A stretch of DNA of 20,000 nucleotides from an uncultured virus (IMG/VR IMGVR_UViG_3300026382_000273) (Duplodnaviria > Heunggongvirae > Uroviricota > Caudoviricetes): the IMG/VR virus record IMGVR_UViG_3300026382_000273; one strand, given 5' to 3'. Numbering within the stretch: the first letter of the stretch is position 1; each line of letters opens with the position of its first letter. A program made the translations under genes and the position numbers. Under the pieces are notes generated by a model, which saw only the letters and a program-made list of their open reading frames with translations, was not told the origin of the DNA and did not search any database. Shown in pieces: positions 18,724-20,000 of the stretch.

Positions 18724-18830
18724 AATTCCTTGCAAAAAATACACCGACTAAGCATTAGCCAGAAATAACCGAAAAAATAAAAAAAGAAGCACACACCATA
18801 ACGGTAAAACATTTAGTGGGTGAGATTCAC
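18724..18830 (+). mobile_element. Structured non-coding element, copy 2; IS200/IS605-like right end / omega-RNA-like remnant
   Basis: GAAG-CACACACCA...TAGTGGGTG-AGATTCAC: GAAG guide-like tetranucleotide, subterminal hairpin and TCAC end. Upstream small hairpin CTAA-GCA-TTAG followed by GAAATAAC. Confidence 0.65.
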
Positions 18831-18918
18831 ATAAAAATAGTAAGTCTTTTGAAAATTAGAAAAAATAGTTGGAAAATATTTTTAATAAAATAGAAAATAT
18901 TTTTAAGGAGAAAAACAT

Positions 18919-19908
18919 ATGAAAGTAAAAAATATTTTAAAAAAATTAAATTTGGAAAAATTAAATTACCAATTTTGTTTAACTGAAGAGGAAATAAATA
19001 ATTTAAAAAAATTATCTAAAAATGAAGAAGACTGGAATAATTTTGCATTTGCTTATATTTCAAAAAAATTAAAAATGGATTTTTATAAAACATTGAAAAT
19101 TAGCAAAGATACAGAACAAAACTTAAATAAATTTTGTCAACAAGTTAGTTTTTCTTCTTATGATAAATTAAATTCTTATAATTTTAAAAGAATAAAAATG
19201 AAAGAATTAATAAAAAAAGTTTATGATTGGATAGTAATTTCTTCTAATATTAATAAAAATATAATTTTAGAAAATTTAAAAAAATCAAATTTAATAAATC
19301 ATAAATATTTTATATTTTATCTTATTTATTATTTTTATAATAATAGAAAATTTGAAGAAACTATTTTTTTTATTAATTATGTATTAGATCAAAAAATTTT
19401 TGATAATAAAAAAGACAAATTATATAATAATTTAATTTTATATAAATTAATTTCTTTAAAAGAAAAATATGATTATTTAAATAATAAAAAAATATTCAAA
19501 GAAATATGTAATACAGCTAAAATATTAGAAGGTTTCTCTTATCTAAAATTAATTTCTTTATTAGAATGTGCATTAGAATATCAAGATAAAGAAAAATTTA
19601 AAAACATTATAAATGAAAATATCAAAGAAATATGGAATTATAGTTTAATAGAAATTTTGAGCATATATGAACTATCTATATATATAAATATCCCTGAAAT
19701 TGTTGAGCTTTTAAATAATATTATTAAAAATAAAGATATAAATATATTCAATGAAAATGATACAGAATTTTTGATATATAATTTCCTTGAGGGGACTAGA
19801 TTAAAAAATCAAAAACAAAGAAAAAAATTTCAAAAATTAATAAAAGAAAAAATAAAAACATTTTCTTTTAAACATTATACCAATCCACAAATCACTCCTT
19901 ACAGTTAA
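18919..19908 (+). CDS. Hypothetical alpha-helical protein (possibly TPR-like repeats)
   Basis: 329 aa, AAGGAG RBS; YYFYNNRKFEETIFFINYVL resembles a TPR helix (weak). Confidence 0.7.
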   Translation: MKVKNILKKLNLEKLNYQFCLTEEEINNLKKLSKNEEDWNNFAFAYISKKLKMDFYKTLKISKDTEQNLNKFCQQVSFSSYDKLNSYNFKRIKMKELIKKVYDWIVISSNINKNIILENLKKSNLINHKYFIFYLIYYFYNNRKFEETIFFINYVLDQKIFDNKKDKLYNNLILYKLISLKEKYDYLNNKKIFKEICNTAKILEGFSYLKLISLLECALEYQDKEKFKNIINENIKEIWNYSLIEILSIYELSIYINIPEIVELLNNIIKNKDINIFNENDTEFLIYNFLEGTRLKNQKQRKKFQKLIKEKIKTFSFKHYTNPQITPYS

Positions 19909-20000
19909 ATTTAGCATTCCAAGCATCAATAATCCATTCATACCCACAAAGCTGTTTAATGCTTTCTTTATTTTTCATATAATTTGTTAAAGCTTCATCA
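19892..20000 (-). CDS. 3' end of a hypothetical protein (partial, runs off the window end)
   Basis: Minus strand reads DEALTNYMKNKESIKQLCGYEWIIDAWNAKFNCKE*, TGA at 19892-19894, overlapping the convergent gene by 17 nt. Confidence 0.55.
   Translation of the reverse strand, partial: DEALTNYMKNKESIKQLCGYEWIIDAWNAKFNCKE

Overview
Extremely AT-rich window (about 20% GC by eye) of short, frequently strand-switching transcription units. Most units have their own extended -10 promoter (TGnTATAAT) and an AAGGA ribosome-binding site, typical of Campylobacterota. Host-type genes (short asparaginase C-terminus, thioredoxin, TIGR04219-like outer-membrane beta-barrel, a 1353-aa repeat lipoprotein) are mixed with phage/plasmid-type genes (T5orf172/GIY-YIG nuclease, YopX-family protein, orphan beta-class DNA methyltransferase) and many hypotheticals, which suggests a large plasmid, phage or genomic island. 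The most notable unexplained structure is a ~110-nt non-coding element present in two diverged copies (13922-14031, 18724-18830). Its terminal hairpin shows three compensatory base-pair changes and it ends in TGAGATTCAC. It resembles an IS200/IS605 right end / TnpB omega-RNA scaffold, with no tnpA or tnpB in the window. Several genes missed or mis-started by the ORF track are broken: a second MTase fragment, a 5'-truncated Dam-like MTase, two genes with in-frame TAA, and one homopolymer frameshift.
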